DNA of 64,000 nucleotides from an uncultured delta proteobacterium (lineage in GTDB: Bacteria > Desulfobacterota > RBG-13-43-22): contig CAVUPH010000007.1 in the NCBI GenBank assembly GCA_963743305.1, positions 32,001 through 96,000 of the forward strand, given 5' to 3'. The notes below the pieces were generated by a model. That model was not told where the DNA came from. It searched no databases and saw nothing but the letters and a program-made list of their open reading frames with translations. Shown here piece after piece: positions 31,702 through 42,736 of the stretch. The translations under genes and the position numbers were made by a program. Numbering within the stretch: the stretch's first letter is position 1; every line of letters begins with the position of its first letter.

Positions 31702-32298
31702 ATGCCCCCGAAGCGGATTGGAAAAGTAGACCGAGAAACCAAAGAAACCCAGGTTCGCGTTGCCTTGCGGTTGGACGGTACCGGGAAAACCCGGATTCAA
31801 ACCCCGGTCCCTTTTCTGAATCATATGCTGGAGCTTTTGGCCCATCATGGCCGGATGGATTTGACCATTCTGGCCTCCGGGGATATTGAGGTGGGTTTTC
31901 ATCATACGGTCGAGGACATCGGGCTTTGTTTGGGCGAGGCCCTGAATCAATGCTTCCAGGATTTGGCTGGGGTGAATCGCTACGGGAGTGCCCTCTTGCC
32001 CATGGATGAGGCCCTGGTGTTGGTGGCCCTGGATATTTCCCGGCGTCCCTATTTGCACTATGGCTGGAAAACCAGGAAAATCCGGGTGGAAGGCTTTGAT
32101 ATCGGGCTCATCAAGGAGTTTTTTCAGGCCCTGGTCAATCGCGCCGGGGTGACCCTTCATATTCAGGTGATCCACGGCGAGAACCTGCACCATATTATTG
32201 AAGCCATGTTTAAAGGGTTAGGCCGGGCCCTCCAGCAAGCCGGCCGCCGCCTGCCAGGGCGGCTACAAGTCGTCTCGACCAAGGGGATATTGGGATGA
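31702..32298 (+). CDS. hisB: Imidazoleglycerol-phosphate dehydratase
   Basis: RETKETQV, FLNHML, HHTVED, PMDEAL, NLHHIIEA; start corrected to ATG 31702. Confidence 0.95.
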   Translation: MPPKRIGKVDRETKETQVRVALRLDGTGKTRIQTPVPFLNHMLELLAHHGRMDLTILASGDIEVGFHHTVEDIGLCLGEALNQCFQDLAGVNRYGSALLPMDEALVLVALDISRRPYLHYGWKTRKIRVEGFDIGLIKEFFQALVNRAGVTLHIQVIHGENLHHIIEAMFKGLGRALQQAGRRLPGRLQVVSTKGILG

Positions 32299-32966
32299 AA
32301 CGAATTTTCACGAATCGACTGGGGGGAATCCTTACTGCTCTGGGCCTTTTGGGGGGTCTGTTGACCGGCGCCTGGGCCGCCGATGCGCCGGCTAAGAAAC
32401 GTCTGGTCCTGGTCCCCTTTCAGGTTGAGAGCCGAGGCAACGCGGACGTCATCCGCTGTCGGGCCTGTGGCAATATCTTGGGCGCTGGAAAGGTGGAAGG
32501 AGATCCCAGTCCCGCCTTGACCCTATTGCTTTGGAATTTGCTGCAGGATCAGGTCAAGGGCTACGAATTGATCAGCCCCGGGCAGGCGGAAGGGGCCTAT
32601 CAGACCCAACTGGCTAAAAAAATTGAACAAGACCCCATGGTTCTGATGAAGGCCATCGGGCAGGAGCTGAAGGCCGATGGGGTAATCTGGGGAGGGATTT
32701 TTCGCTTCGAGAATCGAAAAGGAACCGCTTACGGGGTGCAGGAGCCGGCTTCCGTTTCCCTGGATCTGCATCTTCTCCGGGTCAGTGACGGGTCGATCGT
32801 TTGGAAGACCCAGTGGAGCCATACCCAGAAATCCCTCAGTGAAGACCTCTTCCAATTGGGGGAGGTGGCCAAGAGGGGTCTGCGCTGGTTGACGGCGGAC
32901 GAATTGGCCCAGTCGGGCCTGGCCCAGATGATCAAAAATTTTCCCGGCCCCCACGCTTGGGAATGA
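32295..32966 (+). CDS. Secreted hypothetical protein (alpha/beta, CsgG/TolB-N-like) with CxxC
   Basis: Signal peptide (..AWA-AD), LVPFQ, CRAC, ADGVIWG, ASVSLDLHLLRVSDGSIVW; fold call is inference. Confidence 0.6.
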   Translation: MKRIFTNRLGGILTALGLLGGLLTGAWAADAPAKKRLVLVPFQVESRGNADVIRCRACGNILGAGKVEGDPSPALTLLLWNLLQDQVKGYELISPGQAEGAYQTQLAKKIEQDPMVLMKAIGQELKADGVIWGGIFRFENRKGTAYGVQEPASVSLDLHLLRVSDGSIVWKTQWSHTQKSLSEDLFQLGEVAKRGLRWLTADELAQSGLAQMIKNFPGPHAWE

Positions 32967-33024
32967 GCGGGCAAAACAAGCCGAGTGCGGGTTTGGGGGG
33001 GAGCGCTAGGTCGCGAGGGCCTCG

Positions 33025-33777
33025 ATGATTATCATTCCGGCGGTGGATATTAAGCAGGGCCTGTGTGTCCGCCTTCGGGAAGGGAAGGCGGACGCGGTGA
33101 CCGTTTTTTCCGATGACCCGGCACAGATGGCCCGGCAGTGGGTCGCTCAGGGGGCGGAACGTCTCCATGTGGTGGACTTGGACGGGGCCTTCGAAAAGGG
33201 GCCCCGTAATTTTTCCCTTATTAAAAAACTGGTCCGATCCGTCTCCATCCCGGTCCAACTGGGAGGGGGACTTCGTGATCTGAAGACCATCGTCCGTTAT
33301 TTGAAGGCCGGGGTCGCCCAGGTTATTTTGGGAACCATTGCGCAGAAGCAGCCAGCTCTGGCCCGGGAAGCCTGCCGCCTCTTTCCCGGCCGGATCATCA
33401 TTGGCATAGACGCCCGGGACAACCGGGTGGCCGTCGAAGGTTGGACCGAGGTTACTGCTCAGGATCCTCTGGATTTGGGCCGAAAATACGAAGACTGGGG
33501 GGTGCGGGCCATCATCTATACCGATATCCGCCGGGATGGGACTCAGAAAGGACCGGCCCAGCGGTCCACGCAACGTCTGGCCCAGGGACTGCAAGTCCCT
33601 ATTATTGCGGCCGGCGGGATTGCCACCCTGGAAGATGTTCAAAAAATGGCCCGGTTGGAAAAATATGGGGTGGCGGGGCTGATAACCGGGAAGGCGATCT
33701 ACAGCGGTTCCTTACGTTTGCCGGAGGCCATCGGCTGGCTTAAGAATAATTCCCAGGCCGGCCGCCTTTTTGAATAA
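33025..33777 (+). CDS. hisA: ProFAR isomerase
   Basis: IIPAVDI..CVRL, HVVDLDGA, QLGGGLR, YTDIRRDG, AGG. Confidence 0.95.
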   Translation: MIIIPAVDIKQGLCVRLREGKADAVTVFSDDPAQMARQWVAQGAERLHVVDLDGAFEKGPRNFSLIKKLVRSVSIPVQLGGGLRDLKTIVRYLKAGVAQVILGTIAQKQPALAREACRLFPGRIIIGIDARDNRVAVEGWTEVTAQDPLDLGRKYEDWGVRAIIYTDIRRDGTQKGPAQRSTQRLAQGLQVPIIAAGGIATLEDVQKMARLEKYGVAGLITGKAIYSGSLRLPEAIGWLKNNSQAGRLFE

Positions 33778-33869
33778 TACCTATTGACTTATTCAGTTAT
33801 TATAATCATAATAAAGGTTTGACTAAAAAAACAATTTAAATAAATTTTCGATGGGAGGGAGGGAATTGA

Positions 33870-34067
33870 ATGACGGGCGTAAGGATCAAGTCTGCTGAAT
33901 CCTTTGAAAACGCCTTAAGACGGTTCAAGAAACAGTGCGAAAAGGCCGGAATTCTTTCAGAGGTCCGCAAAAGAGAATATTATGAAAAGCCCAGCGTCAA
34001 GCGGAAAAAGAAGGCCTTAGCCGCCAAAAAAAGAGCACTCCGGAGAATGCGGAAATTTGAATCATGA
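33870..34067 (+). CDS. rpsU: 30S ribosomal protein S21
   Basis: [19 protein letters not shown]. Confidence 0.97.
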   Translation: MTGVRIKSAESFENALRRFKKQCEKAGILSEVRKREYYEKPSVKRKKKALAAKKRALRRMRKFES

Positions 34068-34248
34068 TTTCTCTCCGGGTGCGGATCGAGGCCGTTTTTA
34101 CTTAAGCGTTTAAATCCCGAGCTAAAGAGCGGCTTCTAGAAGGCGCCTATTACGCACTTCGTTGAAAAACCGGATTGAACAATTTCAAAAGGAGAAATTA
34201 TCGGCGGTTGAGATTTGAAAACCGTCCTGATATTTGCCTAAAATCCAT

Positions 34249-34280
34249 GAAGCTCCCACCAGAGTATCGGCGGGAGCTTC
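34249..34280 (+). terminator. Hairpin between rpsU and dnaG (possible terminator/attenuator)
   Basis: GAAGCTCCC..GGGAGCTTC 9-bp stem; weak U-tract. Confidence 0.4.
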
Positions 34281-34429
34281 AAAACTTTCGGGAAACCGTG
34301 GGAATCCCCTGGACCATAGATTCTTAGCTAGATGTTGGGTTAGCGTTTTGGTCCAATCACGAGTCTGCAGCGTCTCCGCATCGTTGACCGCCAACCCCCA
34401 ATCGAGCCCGCGAGCCGACGGATAAGCCG

Positions 34430-36208
34430 ATGGCCTTCATCTCCGAATCGTTTGTCAGTCAACTCAAGGAGGCTTCCAATATCGTTTCGGTTATTTCGAG
34501 ATTTGTCCCCTTAAAGAAGGCCGGACGCAATTTTTTAGGGCTTTGTCCTTTCCATCAGGAAAAGACGCCCTCCTTGACGGTTAATGAAGAAAAACAGATT
34601 TTTCATTGCTTCGGCTGCGGGTTAGGGGGCAATGTCTTTACGTTTCTCATGCACTACCAGCGCTTGAGTTTTCCGGAAGCGGTTAACGAATTGGCCCAGT
34701 TTCTGGGGATGGCGGTCCCGACCGCCGTGCTTTCCAGCGAACAGGTGGTGGAAAATCGCCAGCGGGATGAACTAAGGACCATTCATCAACTAGCGGCGGA
34801 TTTTTATCATCGCCAACTGATGTCCGCCCAGGGGGGACGGCCGGGCCGGGAATATCTGCGCCGGCGGAAAATGACCCGGGGGATCATCGAAGAGTTTACC
34901 CTGGGCTATGCTCCGGACGCCTGGGATCGGTTGGCCCAATTTTTACAGCAACAGGGTTTGGAACCGTCCCGGATAGAACAATCGGGCCTGGTAATCAAGA
35001 AAGACCGGGGAGGGTTTTATGACCGGTTCCGCAATCGACTGATCTTTCCGATCTGGGATGAAAAAAAACGGGTGGTGGCATTCGGGGGTCGGACCTTGGG
35101 GGAAGACAATCCTAAGTATTTGAATTCCCCTGAATCCCTCATTTTCAGCAAGGGACGGTCGCTCTATGGCCTACCCCAGGCTTTGCCGATCATTCGGCAG
35201 GAACGGCAAGCGTTGATCGTCGAGGGCTATTTTGACTGTTTGAGCCTCCATCTTCATGGTTTTAAACAGACGGTGGCCACCTTGGGGACGGCCCTGGGCG
35301 CCCATCAAGTTCACCGCTTGAAGGGGATGGCCGAAGAACTTATATTGGTCTATGACGGGGATTCGGCCGGACGGCAGGCGGCCTTGCGCAGTGTGGCTAT
35401 TTTCCAGGAGGAGGGGGTTTCCGCCCGGATCAAAGTCCTGCCCCCCCAGGCCGATCCGGACAGTTACTTGTTCCAGGTCGGGGCCGAGCGGTTTGCCGCG
35501 GAGTTGAAGGAGTCCGTCCCGATGATGGTTTTTTTTCTGGACCAGCATTTGGAGGGGGTCTCGGGCGACATTCAAGATCGACTCCGAGCCTTGGAAAAAG
35601 TCCTGCCGACGATCCAGTCCCTGGCCCCGGCCGAGCAGGCGTATTATGTCCAATTGCTCGGCGAACGGTTGACGCTGTCGGAATCGGCGATCAACCAGAT
35701 GCTGAGGGCCCAAGGGCGGACTAATCCGGCAGCCCGGATTGCTGAAAAAATCAAAGGGGATCAGGTTCAGGGCCTGGAGTGGCGGATCATCGAAGCCCTG
35801 CTGCGAATCCCTCAGGCGCCGGAACGGCTCTTGAACCGGGATTTGCACCACGTCGTGGTCGGTGTGGAAGCCGTCCAGGTGTTTAACGCCATTTCTCAGA
35901 CGGTGAAAGAAAAAGGCCAGATGGATCTGGTTTGGCTGCTGGAGCGGTTGGAGAATCAAACCCTCAAAAATCGGGTGGCGGCCCTGGCCCTTCAGGAGTT
36001 TGTCGACGAGCGCGATCAGGATTCTTTTTTGCTAGACTTGTTGAAGACCCTTGAACTGAGAGCCATTCGCCGTCGGGAAAGGTCTCTGCTCCAGGCCATT
36101 CAGGACCAGGAGCGACAAGGGATGACGTCTGAGTTGATGGCCCTGCTGGAGAGGAAACAGGACCTGCTTAAACAACGGAAGCAACTATTAGCCCCCATGA
36201 AGAATTAA
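34430..36208 (+). CDS. dnaG: DNA primase
   Basis: CPFHQEKTPS..HCFGC Zn finger, DRFRNR, KYLNSPE, VEGYFD, YDGDSAG TOPRIM. Confidence 0.97.
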   Translation: MAFISESFVSQLKEASNIVSVISRFVPLKKAGRNFLGLCPFHQEKTPSLTVNEEKQIFHCFGCGLGGNVFTFLMHYQRLSFPEAVNELAQFLGMAVPTAVLSSEQVVENRQRDELRTIHQLAADFYHRQLMSAQGGRPGREYLRRRKMTRGIIEEFTLGYAPDAWDRLAQFLQQQGLEPSRIEQSGLVIKKDRGGFYDRFRNRLIFPIWDEKKRVVAFGGRTLGEDNPKYLNSPESLIFSKGRSLYGLPQALPIIRQERQALIVEGYFDCLSLHLHGFKQTVATLGTALGAHQVHRLKGMAEELILVYDGDSAGRQAALRSVAIFQEEGVSARIKVLPPQADPDSYLFQVGAERFAAELKESVPMMVFFLDQHLEGVSGDIQDRLRALEKVLPTIQSLAPAEQAYYVQLLGERLTLSESAINQMLRAQGRTNPAARIAEKIKGDQVQGLEWRIIEALLRIPQAPERLLNRDLHHVVVGVEAVQVFNAISQTVKEKGQMDLVWLLERLENQTLKNRVAALALQEFVDERDQDSFLLDLLKTLELRAIRRRERSLLQAIQDQERQGMTSELMALLERKQDLLKQRKQLLAPMKN

Positions 36209-36217
36209 GGAGCTCTA

Positions 36218-37960
36218 ATGTCTAAAAATACCACTCTGGAAGATTTCAAGATGATTTCTCTGACCAAAGAAAAGGAATATCTGGATCTGGAGGAGGGCGG
36301 GGAGGCTTTGACCCAGGAATTAGTGGGTCACGAACCCATCGATGATATGTTGTTGATCTTTGAAGAAACGGATATTCAGCTTCTGGACGCCACGCCCCGG
36401 GGCCGAACCAAAGATAAGCTGGAGGAGGAGCGAACCGAGGAAGAGGAGGAAACGGAAATTCGCTGGGGGACGGAAGTAGGGGCTAAAACCACCGACCCGG
36501 TAAAAATGTACTTGAAGGAAATGGGATATTATTCCCTCCTGACCCGGGAAGGGGAGGTGGAAATCGCCAAACGGATCGAAGAGGGCAAGCACGAGGTCAT
36601 TAATGCCTTGCTGGAATCCCCGGTAGGCATTAAGGAATTTATCACCCTGGGTGAAAAATTCCAACAGGGGATCGTCAAGCTGAGAGAGATCGTTCGAGAC
36701 AGCGATGACGAAGAACCGTTTATCGAAACCGAGGCCCATCGAAAAAAAGTCCTGCAGCTTTTCTTGGAAGTCAAGACGATCTATGAAAAGAACATCAAGC
36801 TGCAGGAGAAATTAGGGCAGGATTTGGTGGCCGCTCGCAAGAAAAAGATCAAGGATCAGATCGATGAGAATAAGCACCGGATCGTCGAGCGCCTAAAAGA
36901 ATTGCGGTTGGATAAACGGCAGATCGACCGGGTAGTCAATAAGCTTCGGGCTTTCGTTGATCGCATCGAAAAGGGGGAAGCGGAGATTCAGGAGGCCTTA
37001 AAAAGGGTCTCGATTCCTTTGACGGATCTAAAAAAACCACTCCGCAAGTTTAAACAGGACGGCCAGTCCCGGTCCTTAGTGCGGCTGACCGGTCTTTCCA
37101 AGGAAGAGCTACTGGAACTGGACCGCCGGGTCCGCAACGGGGAGCGGAAAGTTCGCCGGGTGGAACAAGAATCGAAGATGACTTCCAAGTTTTTGAAGAA
37201 AATCCTCCGGCAAATCGAGAACGGGGAGTATAAGGCCAAGTATGCCAAATCCGAACTGATCGAGGCCAATTTGCGTCTGGTGGTCAGCATCGCCAAGAAA
37301 TATACCAATCGTGGTCTGCAGTTTCTGGATTTGATCCAAGAGGGCAACATCGGACTGATGAAGGCGGTGGACAAGTTTGAATACCAGCGAGGGTATAAAT
37401 TTAGCACTTATGCCACCTGGTGGGTACGTCAGGCCATAACCCGGGCTATCGCCGACCAGGCCCGAACCATTCGCATCCCGGTGCACATGATCGAAACCAT
37501 CAATAAGCTGATTCGTACTGCCCGCTATCTGGTCCAGGAGATGGGACGGGAACCCACCCCGGAGGAAATCGCCGAGCGAATGGAATTCCCGCTGGATAAG
37601 GTGCGTAAGGTCTTAAAGATTGCCAAAGAGCCCATTTCCCTGGAAACACCGATCGGCGAGGAGGAGGACAGTCATCTGCGGGATTTCATTGAAGACAAGA
37701 AGATATTGTCGCCCTCGGAAGCGGTGATCCGTCTGAACCTCTCCGAGCAGACCCGTAAGGTGCTGTCCACCCTGACTTCCAGGGAAGAGAAGGTCTTACG
37801 CATGCGGTTCGGTATCGGGGAAAAAGCCGATCATACCCTGGAAGAAGTGGGCCGGGATTTTGACGTCACCCGGGAACGTATCCGCCAGATTGAGGCTAAG
37901 GCCCTGCGCAAACTCCGCCATCCCAGCCGGAGTAAGCGGTTGAAAAGCTTCGTGGATTAG
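36218..37960 (+). CDS. rpoD: RNA polymerase primary sigma factor
   Basis: [39 protein letters not shown]. Confidence 0.98.
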   Translation: MSKNTTLEDFKMISLTKEKEYLDLEEGGEALTQELVGHEPIDDMLLIFEETDIQLLDATPRGRTKDKLEEERTEEEEETEIRWGTEVGAKTTDPVKMYLKEMGYYSLLTREGEVEIAKRIEEGKHEVINALLESPVGIKEFITLGEKFQQGIVKLREIVRDSDDEEPFIETEAHRKKVLQLFLEVKTIYEKNIKLQEKLGQDLVAARKKKIKDQIDENKHRIVERLKELRLDKRQIDRVVNKLRAFVDRIEKGEAEIQEALKRVSIPLTDLKKPLRKFKQDGQSRSLVRLTGLSKEELLELDRRVRNGERKVRRVEQESKMTSKFLKKILRQIENGEYKAKYAKSELIEANLRLVVSIAKKYTNRGLQFLDLIQEGNIGLMKAVDKFEYQRGYKFSTYATWWVRQAITRAIADQARTIRIPVHMIETINKLIRTARYLVQEMGREPTPEEIAERMEFPLDKVRKVLKIAKEPISLETPIGEEEDSHLRDFIEDKKILSPSEAVIRLNLSEQTRKVLSTLTSREEKVLRMRFGIGEKADHTLEEVGRDFDVTRERIRQIEAKALRKLRHPSRSKRLKSFVD

Positions 37961-38284
37961 AATGAGAAAGGATCGATTGGCAACTGCCGACCGGACGGCT
38001 GCGAGCGCTTTGGGCGGATAGGCGTTTGAAACGGCCTACGGTCACCCGTTGACCTCTTCCTCGGCCTCCCCGACCACCGCGCCGCCGTAGCTGTTTCCCT
38101 TGGGAGGCTTCCCCGGAGTTGAATCCAAACCAGGCCGGCTATTTTGTGACCAGGACATCTCGCTTCCTCTGATCATTCAACCCCCTCTTTGTTTCTTCGG
38201 TAGAACGTATTTTTCACTTCGGGATATTTAACATCCGAGATATTAGGGTGTCTGAGAAGAAAACGGGCAGTTTAGTCAGGTCTA

Positions 38285-38313
38285 TTGACTTAAGAGGTCC
38301 ATTAGACTATATT
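38285..38313 (+). promoter_or_regulatory. Probable sigma70 promoter of the mdt operon
   Basis: TTGACT-17nt-TATATT. Confidence 0.5.
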
Positions 38314-38390
38314 TTTTCCTCTTGAGGGACCCCAGGCGGTTCCCGGGCGCTCCTGAGGGAGCTCCACTCTTTTGATTTCTTGGCGAGGTC

Positions 38391-39620
38391 ATGATGGTTG
38401 AAGAACTTTCGGAAAAACAGGCATTAACGAACCGTCCCCGCGGGGGCGTACGCCGGCGTTGGTGGGCCGTTGTTCTGCTGGTCGCCCTGATCGGCGGGGC
38501 CGGGACGGTGGCCTATTTAGTGAAGGGGGGAAATACGCGAGCTCCGGGGGCTAAACCAGCGGCCGGCCCTCCCGTTCGCGCCGTAGCGGTGGCAGCCGTG
38601 GCCGCCAAGCTAGGGGAAATGCCCATCTACCTTAATGGGCTGGGATCCGTGATCCCCCTGAATACGGTCACGGTTAAGAGCCGCGTCGACGGACAGCTTA
38701 TGGAGGTCCTCTTCCAGGAGGGGCAGACCGTGAATAAGGGTCAACTCCTGGCCCGGATCGACCCTCGACCTTTCGAGGTGCAGTTGACCCAGGCCGAAGG
38801 GCAGATGGCGCGGGACCAAGCGCTCCTGAAAAACGCCGTTCTCGACTTGGAGCGCTACCGAGGTCTCTGGCAGCAGGACTCCATCCCCAAACAGCAACTC
38901 GACACCCAGGAGGCCCTGGTGCGCCAGTACGAAGGAACGGTGAGGGCCGACCAGGGGCCGATCGATAACGCCAAGCTGCAATTGGTTTACTGCCGGATAA
39001 CGGCTCCCCTCAGCGGCCGGGTCGGTCTACGTCTGGTGGATCCGGGCAATATCATCCATGCCGCCGATCCCAGCGGGCTGGTGGTTACCACCCAGCTTCA
39101 ACCCATCTCGGTTATTTTTTCTCTGCCCGAGGACAACATTCCCCAGATACTCGCCCAGCTCAAGGCCGGCCGGCGTCCTCCAGTTCTGGCCCTCGACCGG
39201 GATCAGAGCAAAAAACTGGCCCGGGGACATCTGCTGACCATCGACAATCAGATCGATGCCAACACCGGGACCGTGCGGCTGAAGGCCCTGTTTGAAAACA
39301 AGGACAATCAATTGTTTCCCAACCAATTCGTCAATGCCCGCTTGTTGGCGGAGGTCAGAAAAGATGTTATCATCATCCCGGCGGCGGCCATCCAACAAGG
39401 TCCCCGAGGGGCCTTCGTCTATTTGGTTAACGCGGACCGGACCGTGTCCGTCCGCCCGGTCAGCGTCGGCGAGATACAGGGCGCCGAGGCCTCCCTCCAG
39501 TCCGGTCTGACCAGCGGGGATCGGGTGGTCGTGGACGGCGCCGAACGGCTGCGGGAAGGGGCCAGAGTGGAATTGCGGGAGAAGGGCAACGGGAACGGAA
39601 ACGGCCGGCGGAGTCGCTGA
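38391..39620 (+). CDS. mdtA: RND efflux periplasmic adaptor (MdtA/MuxA)
   Basis: N-terminal [31 protein letters not shown]. Confidence 0.9.
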   Translation: MMVEELSEKQALTNRPRGGVRRRWWAVVLLVALIGGAGTVAYLVKGGNTRAPGAKPAAGPPVRAVAVAAVAAKLGEMPIYLNGLGSVIPLNTVTVKSRVDGQLMEVLFQEGQTVNKGQLLARIDPRPFEVQLTQAEGQMARDQALLKNAVLDLERYRGLWQQDSIPKQQLDTQEALVRQYEGTVRADQGPIDNAKLQLVYCRITAPLSGRVGLRLVDPGNIIHAADPSGLVVTTQLQPISVIFSLPEDNIPQILAQLKAGRRPPVLALDRDQSKKLARGHLLTIDNQIDANTGTVRLKALFENKDNQLFPNQFVNARLLAEVRKDVIIIPAAAIQQGPRGAFVYLVNADRTVSVRPVSVGEIQGAEASLQSGLTSGDRVVVDGAERLREGARVELREKGNGNGNGRRSR

Positions 39621-42600
39621 TGAACCTTTCCCGCCCTTTCATCCTGCGACCGGTGGCCACCACCTTGCTGATGGTGGCCCTCCTTCTGGCCGGCGTCGTG
39701 GCCTACCGTGAACTGGCCGTCTCGGCCCTGCCCCAGGTGGATTATCCCACCATTCAAGTTCGGACCTTTTATCCCGGCGCCAGTCCCGATGTTATGGCCT
39801 CGTCGGTGACCGCCCCTCTGGAACGACAATTCGGGCAAATGCCCGGTCTGACCCAGATGACCTCTACCAGCTCCAGCGGCAGTTCGATCATCACCCTGCA
39901 GTTCACCCTGGACTTGAGTCTCGACGTGGCCGAGCAGCAGGTCCAAGCCGCGATCAACGCGTCCTTTACCTTTCTTCCCCGAGACCTGCCGTCTCCGCCG
40001 GTGTATAGCAAAGTCAATCCGGCCGATGCCCCGATCCTGACCCTGGCCCTGACCTCCAAGACCTTAACCCTGCCCACCGTGGAAGATCTGGCCGACACCC
40101 GGTTCGCCCAAAAGATCTCTCAATTACCCGGTGTGGGTCTGGTGAGCATCAGCGGCGGTCAGCGGCCGGCGGTGCGGATTTTGGCCAATCCTACGGCCCT
40201 GGCCGCCTATGGACTGTCTTTGGAAGACCTGCGGACGGCCATTACCAATGCCAACGTCAATCTGGCCAAGGGCAGCTTCGACGGCCCACGCCAGGCCTAT
40301 AGCATCGAGGCCAACGATCAGCTTTTTACCAGCAGTCAATACCGTCCTCTGATCATCGCTTATAAAAACGGGGCACCCATAAAATTGTCCGCTGTGGCCG
40401 AAACCGTGGACGATGCCGAAAATATCCAGCAGGCGGCCTGGACCGACACGGTCCCGGCCGTGATCTTAAATATCCAAAGGCAGCCGGGGGCCAATGTCAT
40501 CGAAGTGGTCGACCGGATCAAGAAATTGATGCCCAAATTGCAGGGTTCCCTGCCGGCGGCCGTCCAAGTCTCGGTTCTGACCGACCGGACTACGACCATT
40601 CGCGCCTCGGTCCGGGATGTAGAGTTCGAGCTGATGCTGGCCGTGGCCCTGGTGATCCTGGTCATCTTTATCTTCCTGCGCAACCTTTCGGCCACGACGA
40701 TTCCCAGCGTGGCCGTCCCCCTTTCTCTGGTGGGTACTTTTGGGGTCATGTATCTTTTGGGATATAGTCTGAACAACCTCACGTTGATGGCCCTGACCAT
40801 TTCCACCGGATTCGTCGTCGATGACGCCATAGTCATGATCGAAAATATCACCCGGTTTATCGAGGAAGGAGATAATCCCCTCGAGGCCGCCCTCAAAGGC
40901 TCCAAACAGATCGGCTTTACCATCTTGTCTCTGACCGTTTCCCTGATCGCCGTGCTTATTCCCCTTTTGTTCATGGGCGACGTGGTGGGTCGGTTGTTCC
41001 GGGAATTTGCCGTCACTCTGGGGGTGACCATCATCATTTCCGCCGCCGTCTCCCTGACCCTGACGCCGATGATGTGCGCCCGTCTCCTCAAACACACTCC
41101 CCCGGAGCGTCAGGGCCGGTTTTACCGGGTCTCCGGGCAGATGTTCGACCGCATTATCGCCGACTACGGCCGGAGCTTGCGCTGGGTGCTCAGGCATCAG
41201 CAGGCGACCCTCATCGTGGCCGTCGGCACCCTGATCCTGACCGTGGTCTTGTTTTTCATCGTTCCGAAAGGGTTTTTCCCGGTCCAGGACACGGGGCTTC
41301 TCCTCGGCATATCGGACGCCCCCCAAACGATCTCCTTTCCCGCCATGGCCGGGAGACAACAGGACCTGGCCAGGGTGATCCTCAAGGATCCGGCGGTCAT
41401 GAGCCTGTCCTCTTTTATCGGGATCGACGGGACCAACGCCACCCTCAACAGCGGACGGGTCCTGATCAACCTCAAGCCCCTGGAAGAGCGGGGGATCAGC
41501 GCCACCCAGGTGATCAACCGGCTCCAGCCGGAGCTGGCCCGGGTCGAAGGGATCCGGCTCTTTCTCCAGCCGGTACAGGACCTGACGGTCGACGCCCGGG
41601 TGAGCCGTACCCAATTCCAGTATACCATGGAAGACCCCGACGCCCAGGAATTGTATGTCTGGGCCCCCAGGCTGGTGCAGGCCTTAAGCCGGCGACCCGA
41701 GCTTCAGGAGGTCAGCAGCGATCAGCAGGACCAGGGCCTGCGGCTGGCCGTGGACATCGACCGCAATACGGCTTCCCGCTTCGGCATCCAACCGCAACTC
41801 ATCGACGATACGCTTTACGATGGTTACGGACAGCGAATCATCTCGACCATCTTTACCCAATTGAACCAGTACCGGGTCATTCTGGGCCTCAAGCCGGAGT
41901 TTCAGCAGGATCCGAGTAAAATAGGAAACCTCTACCTCCCGGGGAAAACCGGAGGGCCGGTACCGCTCAGCGCCTTCACCCGGACCTCGGAGACGACCGG
42001 ACCGCTGCTCATCAGCCGCCAGGGACAATTCCCCTCGGTGACCATCTCCTTCGACTTAAAAAAAGGGGCCTCTTTGGGAACGGCCGTTCAAGCCGTGGAG
42101 GAAACGGCCCGGCAGTTAGGCCTGCCCTCCAGCATCCGGGGGAGTTTTCAGGGAACGGCCCAGGCCTTCAAGGCTTCCCTGGCCAGCGAGCCCCTGCTGA
42201 TCCTGGCGGCCCTGATAACGGTCTACATCGTCCTGGGCATCCTTTACGAGAGCTACATCCACCCCATCACCATTCTTTCCACCCTGCCCTCAGCCGGGGT
42301 GGGGGCCTTCCTGGCCCTGTTGATATTTCGATCCGAATTCAGTGTCATTGCCCTGATCGGCATCATCCTGCTCATCGGCATCGTCAAAAAGAACGGGATT
42401 ATGATGGTCGATTTCGCCCTTGAGGCCGAGCGTAAGGAGGGGAAGACACCGGAGGAGGCCATCTACCAGGCCTCTTTGTTGCGTTTCCGGCCGATCATGA
42501 TGACCACCCTGGCCGCCCTGCTCGGGGCCCTTCCTCTGGCCATCGGCGGCGGAGTAGGGTCGGAGCTGCGACACCCCTTGGGGATATCCATCGTCGGCGG

Positions 42601-42736
42601 TCTGATCATCAGTCAGATCCTGACCTTCTACACCACGCCGGTCATCTATCTGGCCTTCGACCGGTTGGCCCAAAGGATCAAAAACCGTCGAACCCATAAT
42701 TCAGACGATGAACCTTTCAGCCCACTTCATCAATAG
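39620..42736 (+). CDS. mdtB: RND efflux permease MdtB/MuxB
   Basis: [48 protein letters not shown]. Confidence 0.92.
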   Translation: MNLSRPFILRPVATTLLMVALLLAGVVAYRELAVSALPQVDYPTIQVRTFYPGASPDVMASSVTAPLERQFGQMPGLTQMTSTSSSGSSIITLQFTLDLSLDVAEQQVQAAINASFTFLPRDLPSPPVYSKVNPADAPILTLALTSKTLTLPTVEDLADTRFAQKISQLPGVGLVSISGGQRPAVRILANPTALAAYGLSLEDLRTAITNANVNLAKGSFDGPRQAYSIEANDQLFTSSQYRPLIIAYKNGAPIKLSAVAETVDDAENIQQAAWTDTVPAVILNIQRQPGANVIEVVDRIKKLMPKLQGSLPAAVQVSVLTDRTTTIRASVRDVEFELMLAVALVILVIFIFLRNLSATTIPSVAVPLSLVGTFGVMYLLGYSLNNLTLMALTISTGFVVDDAIVMIENITRFIEEGDNPLEAALKGSKQIGFTILSLTVSLIAVLIPLLFMGDVVGRLFREFAVTLGVTIIISAAVSLTLTPMMCARLLKHTPPERQGRFYRVSGQMFDRIIADYGRSLRWVLRHQQATLIVAVGTLILTVVLFFIVPKGFFPVQDTGLLLGISDAPQTISFPAMAGRQQDLARVILKDPAVMSLSSFIGIDGTNATLNSGRVLINLKPLEERGISATQVINRLQPELARVEGIRLFLQPVQDLTVDARVSRTQFQYTMEDPDAQELYVWAPRLVQALSRRPELQEVSSDQQDQGLRLAVDIDRNTASRFGIQPQLIDDTLYDGYGQRIISTIFTQLNQYRVILGLKPEFQQDPSKIGNLYLPGKTGGPVPLSAFTRTSETTGPLLISRQGQFPSVTISFDLKKGASLGTAVQAVEETARQLGLPSSIRGSFQGTAQAFKASLASEPLLILAALITVYIVLGILYESYIHPITILSTLPSAGVGAFLALLIFRSEFSVIALIGIILLIGIVKKNGIMMVDFALEAERKEGKTPEEAIYQASLLRFRPIMMTTLAALLGALPLAIGGGVGSELRHPLGISIVGGLIISQILTFYTTPVIYLAFDRLAQRIKNRRTHNSDDEPFSPLHQ

